64,000 nt of DNA from Desulfobacterales bacterium (GTDB taxonomy: Bacteria; Desulfobacterota; Desulfobacteria; Desulfobacterales; UBA5852). This document shows, piece by piece, positions 18,677 through 26,557 of this stretch (position 1 is the stretch's first letter; each line of letters begins with the position of its first letter). The notes below the pieces were generated by a model that saw only the letters and a program-made list of their open reading frames with translations, did no database searches and was not told the origin of the DNA. A program made the translations under genes and the position numbers. The stretch is taken from contig CAXXVS010000002.1 in the NCBI GenBank assembly GCA_963674755.2, forward strand, positions 2,399,570-2,463,569. Direction: 5' to 3'.

Positions 18677-19057
18677 TCATTTTTTCGATTGTTCTTGCTT
18701 TAGTCTTTCACTCATTCCCGGACGTTCATAGCCATATACTTCTTTAGACCAAGTTGCTGACCAATTTGCGAGTGGAACAATAAAAGAACGCAACTCTTTC
18801 CCTCTTTCCGTTAAAACGTAACCATCAAGACTCCTTGCAACAATTTCTGCATTACGTAAGTCCTTTAGTCGGCTATTAAGGACAGAGGGAGATACCCCCC
18901 CACAGCGATTCTGGAGTTCTCTAAATGTGCTTGAGCTATCCCCGAGGTACCAGAGAATGCCCAACGCCCAACGCTGTCCTAAGAGGTCAAAGAGAGCGTT
19001 GAGCGGTGAGCCGGAACTTGAGCCTCTAACCTTTTTACCTGGCTGTGATAAAGACAT
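18677..19057 (-). CDS. HxlR-family (MarR-like) transcriptional regulator
   Basis: LLGQRWALGILWYL..TFRELQNRCGGVSPSVLNSRLKDL is the HxlR winged-helix pattern. ATG 19057 lies 1 nt after the tautomerase stop. Confidence 0.8.
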   Translation of the reverse strand: MSLSQPGKKVRGSSSGSPLNALFDLLGQRWALGILWYLGDSSSTFRELQNRCGGVSPSVLNSRLKDLRNAEIVARSLDGYVLTERGKELRSFIVPLANWSATWSKEVYGYERPGMSERLKQEQSKK

Positions 19058-19058
19058 T

Positions 19059-19259
19059 TTAAAGAGATGCCCCGGCAATAATTTCAGCGCGTGTTTTGCC
19101 TGCAAGGCCGATAGACTCATTTTGGTATTCGTCAATAAAAACGACATATTTGTCTGCAGGAACTTTCGTTATTTTCACTGCAGTTTCAGTTAGCTCTCTG
19201 ACTAAACGAGTTTTTTGCTCTTGGTCAATTGGATGAATAGCGACAGTAATAACCGGCAT
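19059..19259 (-). CDS. 4-oxalocrotonate tautomerase family protein
   Basis: 66 aa beginning MPVITV (catalytic Pro-1 after Met removal), with a beta-alpha-beta length typical of 4-OT. Confidence 0.8.
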   Translation of the reverse strand: MPVITVAIHPIDQEQKTRLVRELTETAVKITKVPADKYVVFIDEYQNESIGLAGKTRAEIIAGASL

Positions 19260-19570
19260 GATGGTCTCCTTTGATTAATTTAAACGCTACTGTTTTGATA
19301 GCATGATACGAAAACAATAGCAAGGAGATTTTGGGTTCCCATTTTCTCATGTAAAAATCACGACCTACTTCTTCTCCAATTGTCGCAGTGTTTCTTCAAG
19401 GACAGGAAGTCGCTGTTTATCCTTAGGATCTTTGGATTTTCTTTTAAGCGAAATCAAAATTCTGAATTATTCTTGGCTTTAAGGTTCTTGTCCATTATTG
19501 ATGCACTCCAACGCCAAGCTCAGTCGACGGGGCCCAATTGCCCAGTAGGTTGAAAAAGATAAATCTACCC

Positions 19571-19891
19571 TTAGTAATGATAGCGCGCTTGGACAAAATC
19601 GACTTTTTCATGTCTGACAACATAAATTAGTCGATGTTCCTGGGTAATCCGACGAGACCATACACCTGAACCAAGAAATTTTAAGGGTTCAGGTTTACCG
19701 ATCCCCTGGAAGGGATCTCGGATGATTGCCTCTATTAACTGAAATATGCGAAGCGCTGTTTTACGATCTGTTTCCACCCAGTATTTAAGGTCTTCCCTAA
19801 ATTCAGGCTGGAATACAGATTCCCGTTGTATTTTCGTTTTCGTCTTTTTCGTTGAGCGCTTACTCAAAACCGACCTCGTTGCGAAGTTCAT
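19571..19891 (-). CDS. yoeB: YoeB/Txe-family type II toxin (start uncertain: ATG 19891 or TTG 19867)
   Basis: The C-terminal part DLKYWVETDRKTALRIFQLIEAIIRDPFQGIGKPEPLKFLGSGVWSRRITQEHRLIYVV...ARYHY matches YoeB. It overlaps the end of the upstream antitoxin. Confidence 0.8.
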   Translation of the reverse strand: MNFATRSVLSKRSTKKTKTKIQRESVFQPEFREDLKYWVETDRKTALRIFQLIEAIIRDPFQGIGKPEPLKFLGSGVWSRRITQEHRLIYVVRHEKVDFVQARYHY

Positions 19892-20138
19892 CGATCGTTT
19901 GAGGAGCACCCGATGACGTCTTTACCCGATCCAGAGCAGCAAGAAGCCGCTTGGCATTATTAGGCGAGCGCAGCAGATGGGCGGTTTCGAGAATACCGGC
20001 CAACTCATCGGCGGCGATCATGGCGACGTCCTCACTCCCACGCCGCTGGATGATAACAACTTCACGATTCTTCGTTACCTCATCCAACAACGAAGCCAGC
20101 TTTGCCCGTGCATCGGTATATGATGTTTGAATTGCCAT
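19860..20138 (-). CDS. yefM: Phd/YefM-family antitoxin
   Basis: MAIQTSYTDARAKLASLLDEVTKNREVVIIQRRGSEDVAMIAADELAGILETAHLLRSPNNAKRL is the YefM pattern. Confidence 0.85.
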   Translation of the reverse strand: MAIQTSYTDARAKLASLLDEVTKNREVVIIQRRGSEDVAMIAADELAGILETAHLLRSPNNAKRLLAALDRVKTSSGAPQTIDELRNEVGFE

Positions 20139-20317
20139 ATTCGCCTCCCCATTATATGTACAGTTATGCTGTACATACTATCGCACAATTTGTCAATCTT
20201 ATGGATTGTTTTAGAGACGGCCTGCCAAAGTGAAGATGTGAAGTGGAGTGGTGTTTGCCGCCCCACACCAGCTAGGACAACCGGGTGCGACCCGTTGTGA
20301 CTTATTATGGAAGGGCC

Positions 20318-20403
20318 CTATTCGATATGGGCTTTAGCGGTCTGCAGCGCAAGGTCCTTATCCCTTGTAAACAGCCGCCACTTCATTTGCGATGAATGGA
20401 TTA
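20318..20403 (-). pseudogene. 3'-terminal fragment duplicating the end of the 101-aa gene at 25179..25484
   Basis: ~86 nt match 25179-25263 with only a few mismatches by eye (CTATTCGATATGGGCTTTAGCGGTCTG...CAGCCGCCACTTCATTTGCGATGAATGGATT). No upstream reading frame remains. Confidence 0.6.
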
Positions 20404-20473
20404 CCACTCAATTGCCGGATGGAGATCCATTAAAGCTTTTTTCGTTTCGGATCTCCTCTTGGTGAAGGAGCGG

Positions 20474-21677
20474 TTACAGCTCAGCGTGTTGGTTGCTTTG
20501 GATCTCGTCAATGCGTCGATCCGGGACTCCAGCCTCGCCAGCAAAATAGGGCCAACGGCGCACAGTTTCGATGATACGGTCCAGCATCTGACTTGCGCGT
20601 GCCTTTTTGATGCCAGCCGTACTGGCTAGCGCAAGCAGGTCCGCACGCTCGAACCCTTCTCTTTTTCCGTTGATACTCATTTGGTGTCTGCTCGTCCATT
20701 CGCCCGTGGGATTCCATGCGTACAAAACGTCGAAGGCCGGTGAGAGGGACCATTCTCCCCGCCGGTCCATGAGGAATGCGATGTTCTTGACGTGATCATC
20801 ACAGTTGCGACCCACTACATTGAAGAATGCCCGCAGCACTTGCTGCTGCATGTCCTTCCGGGATAGGCCCAAGCGCTGAATGACTTGGATGGCTTGTTCG
20901 TAGGAATAACTTGCGGGCTGCCTGTAATCGAAATGGGCCATAGCCCCGAGGGATTGCATATGAAGCTTTCCGCCCTGCTCTGTTCGATCGAACCGCTTTG
21001 TCATGAAATGGCTTCGGCCACCTTCTTGATGAAGGCGACAGGGCGTCATTTCTATGCCGGCTTCGCGGGCCATCAAGTGGTAGGCGTATTCGATCCTGCC
21101 GTAGCCCATCGGGCTTGTTATCTCGGCATCTCTGGTGCTGGAAACGCCGTCGAATTTCATAATCCAATGTTCGAAACCTTGCTCCGCACCAACTTGGCCC
21201 GAACGGAATTCGTTCGTTTCCGGATTCCAGGCCAAAATAGCCTTCGCCCTTGCACCGCCGGCGGAGGTCCCGACGCGCAAAATGTCGTTGATTGCTTCAC
21301 GATCGTCATCGCCGGAGAACACACCCCCCAGGCTGGCACGGTCGTTGAGAATCCGGTTGGCGAGGTCGACCAGGTTTGCAACCTCGACTGCGCGTTTGCT
21401 GCCCGGTGGGCCGAAAATAGCGGGCTCGAACTCGAGCGCCCCCATCCCCCTGCTTCCGATATAACAAAGCCGTTCCACGGGGTGAAAGCTTGTGGCGGTG
21501 CGCCCCTGAGATGCAAGCCAGGCGTCGATAATAGCATTACCGTATTTGTCTGGCAGGGCGTCGGCGAGCAGACCGGGCAGTCCCTTGAATGTGTTCCGCG
21601 CAAGCGCCGGGAATTCATAGGGGAACTCGGCAAGCGGCATCGCGATGGGGGCCAATTCAATACCGCTTCGCAGGAAA
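20474..21677 (-). pseudogene. hipA: hipA (Ser/Thr kinase toxin), 3' portion separated from its 5' end by an IS21-family insertion
   Basis: HipA motifs VGTSAGGARAKAIL and CDDHVKNIAFLM are present. The frame continues upstream of the track ORF to the IS junction (..FLRSGIELAPIAMPL..). Confidence 0.85.
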
Positions 21678-21933
21678 TGTTAATGGTCACTGCTATAGAG
21701 CCATTCCATGAGCACCCTAATGGGGCCACCCTGTGATCACCCTAATGAGGCCACTTTGTGAGCACCCTAATGGAGCCACTTGATGATCACCCTAATGAGG
21801 CCAGTTGGTGATCACCGTAATGAGGCCACCTGCCGCAGGGAAAAACGCGTATAAAACCAAAAAGCATCTCGGACCTTACATCCACAATCTGGTAAGTCTT
21901 TCCGGCAAACCACCAGCCGCCGGGAGGAATGCC

Positions 21934-23484
21934 ATGGCCAACAGGAGAATCGAGATGCATCAGTACCGACAAGTCATCCACCGTATGCGCCTTGGACAAA
22001 GCGACCGCGCCATCGCGAAAAGCCAACTGATCGGACGGACCAAATGCGCCGCCGTGCGGGAGGTCGCTGGGCAAAAGGGCTGGCTCAATAGCGGCCCGCT
22101 GCCCGACGACGAACAACTCGCCAAGATCTTCGAGGTTAAAAGATCCCCCGGCCAAAACCAAGCCCCGTTGACCCAGCCGCATGCGGATCAGATCAAGCAA
22201 TGGGTCGCAGAGGGCATTCAAGCCACGACGATCTATGAGGCCTTGGTCGGGCAGTTCGGATTTTCCGGCAGTTATTCCTCTGTCCGGCGCCAGGTAAGAA
22301 AGCTGCGCCACGCGAGCCCCAAAGCCTCTTGCGTTCTGGACTTTGCCCCAGGCGAAGCAGCCCAGGTTGACTTCGGCAAAGGGCCCACGATCAAGGACGT
22401 GTTTACCGGCGCGGTGATCAAGACCTGGATCTTTGTGATGACGCTGTGCTTCAGCCGCCACATGTATGCCGAGATCGTCACCGACCAGAAAGTTGCAACC
22501 TGGCTGGCCTGCCATCGGCGCGCATTCGCGTTTTTCAATGGCGTGGCGGCCAAAATGATCATCGACAATCCCAAGTGCGCCATCACCCGGGCCTGCTACA
22601 CCGATCCGGACGTTCAGCGCTCCTACGGCGAGCTGGCCGAAGGATACGGCTTTCTCATTTCGCCGTGTCCCGTCCGGGACCCGCAGAAAAAGGGCCGGGT
22701 CGAGTCCGGTGTCAAATATGTCAAAAACAACTTCGTGCCGCTTCGTACCTTCCGAACCCTGGCCGACGCCAACGAGCAGCTTGTCCGCTGGCTGCTGGAA
22801 AGGGCCGGCAACCGCATCCACGGCACAACCCACCGAAGGCCGCTGGAGATGTTTGCGGAGACCGAAAAACACTTTTTAAAGCCGCTGCCAGATGTTCCCG
22901 TGGAACTCGCCGTCTGGACCCGGGTCAAGGTGCACGGCAATTGCCATGTGCAGTTTGAAAAGGCCTACTACTCGGCGCCCTTCCGCTTGGTGCACCAGGA
23001 GCTGATGCTAAAAGCCACCGACACGACCGTAAAACTCTACCAGGACGTGAAGCTCGTGGCCACCCACCCGCGGCTCAAGCGCGCCGGCCAGCGCTCGACG
23101 GTCGACGGCCACATGCCGCCGGAAGCCCTGGCCTACAAGATGCAGGACCCACAGTGGTGTCTGAAGCAGGCCGAAGCCGTCGGCCCGGATTGTCATCGGC
23201 TCGTCCGCCGGCTGTTTGCCCACAAAGTGCTCGACAATCTGCGCGCGGCCCAGGGCGTAATCGGCTTGAGCAAAAAGTACGGCACGGCCCGCCTGGAAGC
23301 CGCCTGCCGCCGGGCGCTTCACTTCGACAACGTCAAATACCGTACGGTAAAAAGCATCCTGCATCAGGGCCTTGACCAGGCGCCGCTCTACGAGCAGCCC
23401 AACGTGATCCCGCTAGCTGCGGCGTACACCGGCAACGGCCGTTTTCTTCGCCACCAGGTGTACCGGGAAAGGAGGCCGTCATGA
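21934..23484 (+). CDS. istA: IS21-family transposase IstA
   Basis: GGGAGG RBS precedes ATG 21934. It has an N-terminal HTH and a DDE integrase-core region (..FAPGEAAQVDFG.., ..IIDNPKCAI.., ..PQKKGRVESGV..). Confidence 0.9.
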   Translation: MANRRIEMHQYRQVIHRMRLGQSDRAIAKSQLIGRTKCAAVREVAGQKGWLNSGPLPDDEQLAKIFEVKRSPGQNQAPLTQPHADQIKQWVAEGIQATTIYEALVGQFGFSGSYSSVRRQVRKLRHASPKASCVLDFAPGEAAQVDFGKGPTIKDVFTGAVIKTWIFVMTLCFSRHMYAEIVTDQKVATWLACHRRAFAFFNGVAAKMIIDNPKCAITRACYTDPDVQRSYGELAEGYGFLISPCPVRDPQKKGRVESGVKYVKNNFVPLRTFRTLADANEQLVRWLLERAGNRIHGTTHRRPLEMFAETEKHFLKPLPDVPVELAVWTRVKVHGNCHVQFEKAYYSAPFRLVHQELMLKATDTTVKLYQDVKLVATHPRLKRAGQRSTVDGHMPPEALAYKMQDPQWCLKQAEAVGPDCHRLVRRLFAHKVLDNLRAAQGVIGLSKKYGTARLEAACRRALHFDNVKYRTVKSILHQGLDQAPLYEQPNVIPLAAAYTGNGRFLRHQVYRERRPS

Positions 23485-24284
23485 ATCCGATACCCGATCT
23501 GACGCCCATGCTAAAGCAGCTTCGCCTGTCGGGAATCCTGGACTCCATCGAGTCGCGCAACCGGCAGGCCATCGAAAACAAGATGTCCTACATGGACTTT
23601 CTGGCCACCATCATCACCGACGAAATCGCCCGTCGCAACCAGAAGAAATTAGCCTCCGCCCTGCGGCGGGCCAACTTCCGTAACCAGAAAACCCTGGAAG
23701 AGTTTGACTTCGCCTACAATCCCAACATCAATCGCGCCCTGGTCATGGAGCTGGCCTCGTGCCGGTTCATGGCCGAGCGGGTCTGTGTGTTCATCATCGG
23801 CCCGTGCGGAACGGGAAAAAGCCATCTGGCGCAGGCCCTCGGCCACAGCGCCATTCGAAACGGGCACAGCGTGCTCTTTACTTCCGCATCCAAGATGCTC
23901 TCCCAGCTAAACGCCGCCCGGGCAACCAACGGCTACGATCGGCATTTTGCAAAGATCGCCGGCGTCGATCTCCTGATCATTGACGACTTCGGCCTTAAAC
24001 CCCTCAAACCCGCTCAGGACGAGGACTTCCACGATGTCATCTCAGAGCGCTACGAGCGCAAAAGCACCATCGTGACCTCGAACCTGGACATCCCGGAATG
24101 GACCGACGCCTTTCCAAACCGGATTTTGGGGGAAGCCACCGTCGACCGGCTGCGCCACGGTGCCTACACCGTCGTGCTGGAGGGCAAGAGCTATCGCTCC
24201 CCGCGACCGGTCTCCAAATCAGCTAAAAACACATGTCAAAAAACGCCCAAAAACGGCGGTTCGAAAGGGGGTGAAAAACAATAG
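23481..24284 (+). CDS. istB: IS21-family helper ATPase IstB
   Basis: ATGA overlap with istA. Walker A is GPCGTGKSH and Walker B is LLIIDDFG. Confidence 0.9.
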   Translation: MNPIPDLTPMLKQLRLSGILDSIESRNRQAIENKMSYMDFLATIITDEIARRNQKKLASALRRANFRNQKTLEEFDFAYNPNINRALVMELASCRFMAERVCVFIIGPCGTGKSHLAQALGHSAIRNGHSVLFTSASKMLSQLNAARATNGYDRHFAKIAGVDLLIIDDFGLKPLKPAQDEDFHDVISERYERKSTIVTSNLDIPEWTDAFPNRILGEATVDRLRHGAYTVVLEGKSYRSPRPVSKSAKNTCQKTPKNGGSKGGEKQ

Positions 24285-24375
24285 TTTGAAGCCGGTCCGA
24301 AAACCGCTTTTTGGTCGGTTTGAAATGGCCCCATTAAGGCGATCATAGGTGGCCTCATTAGGGTGATCATTGACA

Positions 24376-24478
24376 GGAAATCGGGTGAGTACTGGAAGAC
24401 CCCGATCTCCCGATCCTCAAGCCAAGTGACGGCGCCAATCAGACTCCCCCAGAGCATGACGCGGGCGTCATTGTTCAT
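24376..24478 (-). pseudogene. hipA: hipA 5' portion (N-terminal ~34 codons)
   Basis: MNNDARVMLWGSLIGAVTWLEDREIGVFQYSPDFL then runs into the IS end. Removing the IS and one GGAAA copy restores the frame ..SPDFLRSGIEL.. Confidence 0.8.
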
Positions 24479-24839
24479 GGTCGTCCTCTCCATCGCCCCA
24501 CGACCACACAGGAGGCTCTTTACTTACAGAGACAGGGCGTGCGCGCCTGCGCTCTCCCGTGCCAAGTCCGACCCGTTCGATCGGCCTCACGGCGGGGTCG
24601 GGCAACAAACTTTCGAGACCGTGCTGAATTTTCAGTGCAGTGAGGACACGAATGAATGTGTCCAGCGAAACCCCTTGTCCTTTCTCCAGCCTTCTTATGG
24701 TTCTATTCGAGACGCCGGCTTCCTCGGCGAGTTGCTGCTGCGTCATATTTCGGGAAAGCCTTATGCTCTGCAATCGCTTGCACAGGGCGGTCTCTATCTG
24801 ATCACTTGTTGCTATCGCGAAATCGATGATATAGGCCAT
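24468..24839 (-). CDS. hipB: XRE-family HTH antitoxin (HipB-like)
   Basis: LSRNMTQQQLAEEAGVSNRTIRRLEKGQGVSLDTFIRVLTAL is an XRE-type HTH. It lies immediately upstream of, and overlaps, the hipA start. Confidence 0.8.
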   Translation of the reverse strand: MAYIIDFAIATSDQIETALCKRLQSIRLSRNMTQQQLAEEAGVSNRTIRRLEKGQGVSLDTFIRVLTALKIQHGLESLLPDPAVRPIERVGLGTGERRRARPVSVSKEPPVWSWGDGEDDHEQ

Positions 24840-25090
24840 TTTTTGCCGCTTAAACTCCTTTTTTGGATTTTACCGACAATATTTTACCGATTGATCGGAA
24901 AAGCGCATCGAATCCATTAAGCGGCAATATATTAGCTATTAATCGCTAAAATGTCAATTAACCGGTAACATTTTACCCTTTTCCCCAATATGATCCAATC
25001 CCCTGGATGGCACACCGCTTGCGAGTTTAGTCGAGATAAAGAGGGAAATCAGGATCTCCCCCTACACCACCGGGCATAATAATCCTGTAA

Positions 25091-25175
25091 CGTGAATTTG
25101 GGATCTACCGGATGCTGGTCATCTACCTGGCAAACGGCGTCGGGGGCTTTTTCCTGCCCTATCTGGCCGGGATGG
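25091..25175 (+). pseudogene. ~85-nt fragment homologous to an internal part of the rhomboid gene (18161-18245)
   Basis: CGTGAATTTGGGATCTACCGGATGCTGGTCATCTACCTGGCAAACGGCGTCGGGGGCTTTTTCCTGCCCTATCTGGCCGGG versus CGTGAATTCGGGACCTACCGGATGCTGATCATCTACCTGCTAAGCGGCGTCGGGGGCTTTTTCCTGTCCTATCTGGCCGGG. Confidence 0.7.
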
Positions 25176-25178
25176 GCA

Positions 25179-25484
25179 CTATTCGATATGGGCTTTAGCG
25201 GTCTGGAGTGCCAAGTCCTTGTCCTTTGTGAACAGCCGCCACTTCATTTGCGATGAATGGATTCCGGCTTTCTTGTCCTGGCCTTTGCAGGAATACCAGT
25301 GCCCGAACCTTTCGACCTTGGAAAAGGGATGGTTGCCGGTGCACAAAGATCCGCAAGGATTATCCTCTTTGAAAAAAACGATTTCATCGGGGTCCGAATC
25401 AAAAGCGATGTCGGCCGGCAAATCGATTTGAGAGACATCCACCTTCTCGGCTACTTTTTCATCCAGCCAATCTGAAATTTTCAT
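25179..25484 (-). CDS. hypothetical protein (101 aa), fragments of which recur at 20318-20403 and 26183-26240
   Basis: Intact ORF MKISDWLDEKVAEKVDVSQIDLPADIAFDSDPDEIVFFKEDNPCGSLCTGNHPF... I recognise no domain. Confidence 0.5.
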   Translation of the reverse strand: MKISDWLDEKVAEKVDVSQIDLPADIAFDSDPDEIVFFKEDNPCGSLCTGNHPFSKVERFGHWYSCKGQDKKAGIHSSQMKWRLFTKDKDLALQTAKAHIE

Positions 25485-25633
25485 TGGGTTTATTTCTCTT
25501 TAAGGAATTCTACCGTGCTGCCTTTGGGGCGGCATGGTTCTCGCCGTCCCCAACAGCAGATGGTTGGGACCAAACACTGAAATATTGACAATTCGACCCA
25601 GTATGTACAATTAGTTGTACAGGAGATGCCGGA

Positions 25634-25885
25634 ATGGAAGCCATAACCTATACAGCAGCAAGGCAAAACCTTGCGAAAATAATGGAAAAAGTTTGCCGAG
25701 ACCGGACTCCGATGATTGTAACGCGAAAATCCTCGGAATCTGTAGTTATCATGTCTCTTGAGGACTATGAAGCCCTTGAAGAGACGGCCTATCTATTACG
25801 GTCTCCAAAAAACACCAGGCGGCTGATTGAATCCATCGCTCAACTCGAAAACGGCAAAGGAAACGAAAAGGGGCTTATTGAGTGA
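25634..25885 (+). CDS. yefM: Phd/YefM-family antitoxin
   Basis: MEAITYTAARQNLAKIMEKVCRDRTPMIVTRKSSESVVIMSLEDYEALEETAYLLRSPKN is the YefM pattern. Confidence 0.9.
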   Translation: MEAITYTAARQNLAKIMEKVCRDRTPMIVTRKSSESVVIMSLEDYEALEETAYLLRSPKNTRRLIESIAQLENGKGNEKGLIE

Positions 25886-26136
25886 AGCTCATTTTTTCAG
25901 ATCATGCCTGGAACGATTACCTCCATGGGCAAAAAACTGACCAAAAAATTCTTCGCCGTATCAACACCCTTATAATTGAAACAAAACGCAATCCTTTTGA
26001 GGGTATTGGTAAACCTGAACCTTTGAAACATGCACTTTCCGGGTATTGGTCCAGGCGAATAAATGGCGAACATAGATTCGTTTATAAAGTTTCAGAAGAT
26101 GCCATTCATATTGCTCAACTGAGATATCACTATTGA
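25882..26136 (+). CDS. yoeB: YoeB-family toxin
   Basis: GTGA overlap with yefM. MKLIFSDHAWNDYLHGQKTDQKILRRINTLIIETKRNPFEGIGKPEPLKHALSGYWSRRINGEHRFVYKV...LRYHY is the YoeB pattern. Confidence 0.9.
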   Translation: MKLIFSDHAWNDYLHGQKTDQKILRRINTLIIETKRNPFEGIGKPEPLKHALSGYWSRRINGEHRFVYKVSEDAIHIAQLRYHY

Positions 26137-26182
26137 TGAATCACCCGGCGTTGAGGCTATAACCTCTGGAGGGACAATGCCT

Positions 26183-26240
26183 GTGCAGAAAGATCCGCAA
26201 GGATTATCCTCTTTGAAAAAGACGATTTCATCGGGGTCCG
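26183..26240 (-). pseudogene. internal fragment duplicating 25339-25396 of the 101-aa gene
   Basis: GTGCAGAAAGATCCGCAAGGATTATCCTCTTTGAAAAAGACGATTTCATCGGGGTCCG differs from 25339-25396 at about 2 positions. Confidence 0.6.
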
Positions 26241-26557
26241 GAGCATGGGGGACCAGATAGGGTACGCCCATGACTTCATGCGTTACCGTTTATCGATCTG
26301 ACGCTCAATGGTGCAGCGCGCCACGGGCGTCGATTCGTGACTCTCTTGGCATAGCCTTTAACGTAGCAATAGGTATATACCCTATCAAAGCATAATCTCA
26401 TGGGCGTCATCCCCCAATGATAAAAATGCGCCCTTTTAGTACCCCTTCACCCACCGGGCGGGGTAACTCCATGGGCGCATAACATTTGTCGGGCTTATGA
26501 ATATATGAATGGACGTCCCGCAAAAGCTCCTATATTGTTTTCTAAACAGAAGAAGTT

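Larger units (their letters stand above)
21678..24375 (+). mobile_element. IS21-family insertion sequence (2698 bp), complete
   Basis: Termini are TGTTAATGGTCAC ... GTGATCATTGACA (11/13 inverted match). The 5-bp direct duplication GGAAA sits at 21673-21677 and 24376-24380. There are five ~22-bp subterminal direct repeats (CACCCTAATGAGGCCAC) at the left end and two at the right end, and overlapping istA/istB genes. Confidence 0.9.

Noticed and set aside
19330-19460. Short minus-strand frame ending ..KSKDPKDKQRLPVLEETLRQLEKK* in the AT-rich gap between the tautomerase and yoeB genes
   Set aside because: It may be a C-terminal gene remnant, but it is too short and has no start or recognisable family, so it cannot be supported as a feature.
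25091-25175. Rhomboid-gene fragment as an att-site duplication marking the island boundary
   Set aside because: The fragment corresponds to an internal segment of the gene (18161-18245), not its 3' end, and lies in the middle of the island. It is better explained as a remnant of recombination or duplication.
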